Assembly (NCBI RefSeq): GCF_018350175.1
Contig: NC_058369.1
Coordinates: 23,066,001-23,130,000 of the forward strand
DNA from: Felis catus
Taxonomy: Eukaryota
DNA length: 64,000 nucleotides
Reading direction: 5' to 3'
The notes below the pieces were generated by a model. The model made no database searches, was not told the DNA's origin, and saw only the letters and a list, made by a program, of their open reading frames with translations. Of this stretch, positions 60,680-64,000 are shown piece by piece. The position numbers and the translations under genes were made by a program. The first letter of the stretch is position 1. Each line of letters begins with the position of its first letter.

Positions 60680-63460
60680 CCTATAAAACAGAGCCTCTAT
60701 GATTACAACATAGTGGTACCAGCAACCAAGAGATAGGTCAGTAGAATAGGAGGTCCAAAAAAAAAAAAAAACACAAGGGATCCAACTACATATGGAAATT
60801 CAGTATAGATAAAGGTGTCATCTCAGATCACTGGGGTCAGGATGGTCTTCATAATAAACGCTTTTGAGAAAACTAGATGCCATTTAGAAAAAGATGAAAC
60901 TAGTTCTATTTGTCACATCCTACCCAAGAAAGAAATCCAAGTGGATCAGTGGTCCAAACTGTAAAAAATGAAATGATGCAAGCACTTGAACGAAACCTGG
61001 GTGAATCCCTCTATAACCTGGATTCAGAGAAAATCTTTCTGGCAATGACTCTAAAATCCAGATGCAATGAAAAGAAACATGAATAAGTTTAACTCTTAAA
61101 GACAAAACCAAACGAAAACCAACTTTAATAAGTCAAAAACCACGATAAGCAAAGTCAAAGGCACAAGGTAACATGAGAGAAAATATTTGCAACATAGAGC
61201 ACACTTAAGTCATTAATAACCTAATATATAAAGAACTTTTCAAAATTGAGGGTAATACCTTAATATTCCTATTTTTAAAAGGTGAACAAAAGACAGTAGA
61301 CAATTTACAAAAATAGTAACAATGCTTTTCCACATATGAAAGATGTACAGTTTCACTCGTAGAAAGACAAGAAAAATGAAAAGCACACCCTAGTGAAATA
61401 CAATTTGGCATCTATCAGAGTGGCAAAAATTAAAAGCCTAACCGTACCCTCTGTTGATGAGGCTGTGGGAAAAGGAACACTCCTAGATTGTGTGTGGGAA
61501 GGGAATGGGGACATCTCTATGAAGGGACATTTGCATTTATCGTTGGACCCAGCAATTCCACGTCTAGGAATGCACTCTGAAGACGAACCTGCAGCAATAT
61601 GAAAATACATGTCACAGGTTTGCCCATTACAGAAATGCATGTCATTTCAAAATACTGAAAGTTACCTAAATACACAAGCATAAGAGAGAGATTATGATAA
61701 ACCATCGTACATACACATCATGGGTCTTAATATGAAAAACAGGAATGAGGATGATTTGGTTTTCCTGGTAGATATAGAAGGATTTCCAGGATATATTGCC
61801 AAGTAAGAAGAATAAAATGTAAGAGTATAAATAGAGTGCCACCTTTTGTATCAGAAAGAAGAGGAAGTAGAAGGTATAGGTATATATGCTTAATTTTACG
61901 AAAAGAAACACAGAAAGGATATCGCATAGAATCAGTTACCTACGACAAGCGGAAGTGCAGAGGAGGAGATAGTGAACGGAGTGAGACTCCTCTGGGTACA
62001 CCGTTTTGCATAGCTTGGATTTTTGAAAGCAGGTTGATGTCCTTTGCATTCAAAAATTACCGTCAACAAGAATGGGGGGAAAACTAATAGTGAATGCAAA
62101 CAGAACCAAATGAATCCAACTGCATTTCGTATGAACTAAAAATATTACCAAAAAAGGGGAGAAAAAGCAGTACACTTTTGAATATAGAACTTAGGCACCA
62201 TGTTAAATCTTGAACAGACTACCCTCAGTCTAGGCGGGAGAGAGAACTGACACCAAACTCCTTTGGTGTCATGTGGTGTCATGTGGGCCTAGCAAATCTG
62301 AATCTGGTTTGTGAGTATGGTAGGAGTGAGCAAACGTGTAGATGAGGAACATAAAACAGATGCCTGCAGGATAAGACGGGATGGGAGGTCTCAGAATGAA
62401 ACCCCAACTCTGTCCCTTGAAAGGGCCTAGACTAAGCAGTGGCACCCCAGTAGCAGTGAGCACATCTAGAACCCGGATCCCAGCTTCCTAAAACCATTCC
62501 CCACTAAAACAAACCAGCGTTCTTAGAGAAATTGCTAATTTCAGGGCTTGGGCGGGGAAGGTACCCCTTGCCCCCCTCCCTCCCCCCCCCCCACCAAAGA
62601 GCCTAGAATATTTTATGCCAGAAACTAAGAAGTGCTCAAAACAACAGTAAGGTCATCTCACAAGGACACAGGAGTCAGTATGAAGGGGCCCTCACTGGTC
62701 AGCTCTGGGACAGTTTGAGCCTCAAAATAAAAGGGACAGTAGTGGAGTATAACCTGTGGAGTAAAACGGAAATCCATGTGTTCTTACCAATAGTGAACAG
62801 ATGAACAAATGTCAATGAGATGAACTGAACAGATGAAGTAGGTGGGCAGGGGCGTGGTGCACAGTGCCCCGCTGACTGATAAATGTCACGGCAGCCATGG
62901 AGACAGAAGATCACCACTTTCCTGCCATTGTATTGAAGACTGGGTGAGGGAAAAGGTCCTCAGTGCAAGTTAAACCAAGGGGGAGATTTGGAGCAGGATA
63001 TTTTCATCATCTCAAAGATCTTCCCCAGAGATTTTTGACTAGGTGTGAGGGGAAAAAATAGTCTCTACACAGTGGGAGAATCCAAATAAAATCTGGCGTA
63101 GGTCATCAAAATTAGTGTCACTAGGGGCACCTGGGGGGCTCAGTCAGTTAAGCGTCTGACTCTTGGTTTCGTCTCAGGTCATGATCTCACGATTTGTGGG
63201 TTCCAGCCCCATGCTGGGCTGTGAGCTGACAGCATGGAGCCTGCTTGCGATTCTCTCTCCGCCCCCCTCTCTCCCCCTCCCTTGCTCTCTTACTCTATTC
63301 ATTTTTTATTGCTTTCTCACTCACTTTATTTCTCAAAATAAATAAACTTTAAAAATACTGGTGTCACTAATGAGAAGCAAATAGGCACGGCGTGCCTTTG
63401 GAAAAGACACACCACACTCATAGAGTATGCCGGCTGAGGATACATAACCTGAAGGTCATG
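60680..63460 (+). mobile_element. Ancient L1 (L1MC-like) ORF2 3' part and long 3' UTR
   Basis: YGNSVxxKGVISDHWGQDGL remnant near 60790; IRVAKIK...VDEAVGK...LDPAIPRLG at 61393-61602; L1MC-type 3' UTR beyond. Confidence 0.75.
63124..63352 (+). mobile_element. Can-SINE nested in the old L1
   Basis: Head ggggcacctggggggctcagtcagttaagcg; TSD core gtgtcacta on both sides. Confidence 0.93.
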
Positions 63461-64000
63461 GTGGTGGAAGGTCAGGGAAGAGGGCAAAGATTTTTATTAA
63501 TATGATGTCTTGCTTTAGATAATGTTAATCACTTAAATCAATTGTTCTAGAGTTACTAAATTACATACACATATGTATATGCACATACATATATACGTTT
63601 ACATATGAAAGGCAATGAAAAGATCAGGAGAACCCATCGCTACTCCAACTTTTCCACGAAAGAATTCTGGATAGCAGAAGCAAAAATAAATGGTCTGGGA
63701 GCAGCTCTGGACATGCAGTTTTCAGAGGAAATGTCTTTGAAGTCTTGTGCTTTATCTCCAACATTCTATGAAATTTGCATTTCTGCTCCATAATCATCTT
63801 TACTTACTTTAAAAATAAAATAATGCTTTAAGTCGCTCATAATTGAGTAAAATGGTATGCCAAGATAACAGAGCTCATTTATTCTACCTCCTCAAGAATC
63901 CTTTGATAGACATAAAACTAGCGCCCCCCCACCCCCGCCGTAATGAATGATAGCTCAGCACCACCTCTGTGCTTTCCAAGCTTCTGTTGTGTCTTTGCAA

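Noticed and set aside
1..64000. Most 60-130 aa ORFs in the track as novel genes
   Set aside because: Many use non-ATG starts, overlap SINE/L1/microsatellite sequence and show no recognisable domain; their number is as expected by chance.
1..64000. Nested genes recalled from CACNA2D3 introns (LRTM1; primate ESRG)
   Set aside because: No leucine-rich-repeat coding sequence or HERV-H-like sequence seen in this window.
1..64000. CRISPR arrays, operons or other prokaryotic/viral systems
   Set aside because: No repeat-spacer arrays or gene-dense tracts; the sequence is uniformly mammalian intron.

Overview
Mammalian genomic DNA, almost certainly a felid: it carries many tRNA-derived Can-SINEs of the cat type and young carnivore LINE-1 3' ends. 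The window lies inside the + strand gene CACNA2D3 (voltage-gated calcium channel auxiliary subunit alpha2delta-3). I found only two coding exons: 48246-48324 (79 nt) and 58881-59014 (134 nt). They splice in frame to [71 protein letters not shown] (end of the VWA domain and following segment; probably exons 12 and 13 by human numbering, from memory). The rest is intron, dense in transposon relics (Can-SINEs with TSDs, young and old L1, L2, MIR, MaLR/ERV solo LTRs, hAT MITEs) and microsatellites. Nearly all ORFs in the track are chance ORFs or L1/SINE-derived. I cannot support a new biological system here. The best leads are: (1) a twin-primed inverted L1 with no poly(A) or TSD that interrupts and partly deletes a MIR; (2) mosaic sharing of variants between neighbouring L1 copies; (3) a probable very old non-LTR reverse-transcriptase fossil near 9.4-10.1 kb; (4) a stop-free 213-nt two-exon cassette flanked by inverted SINEs (circRNA candidate); (5) an LTR-supplied poly(A) signal just behind the second exon. 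Repeat family names are from recognition of consensus-like sequence, not database searches, and boundaries of old repeats are approximate.
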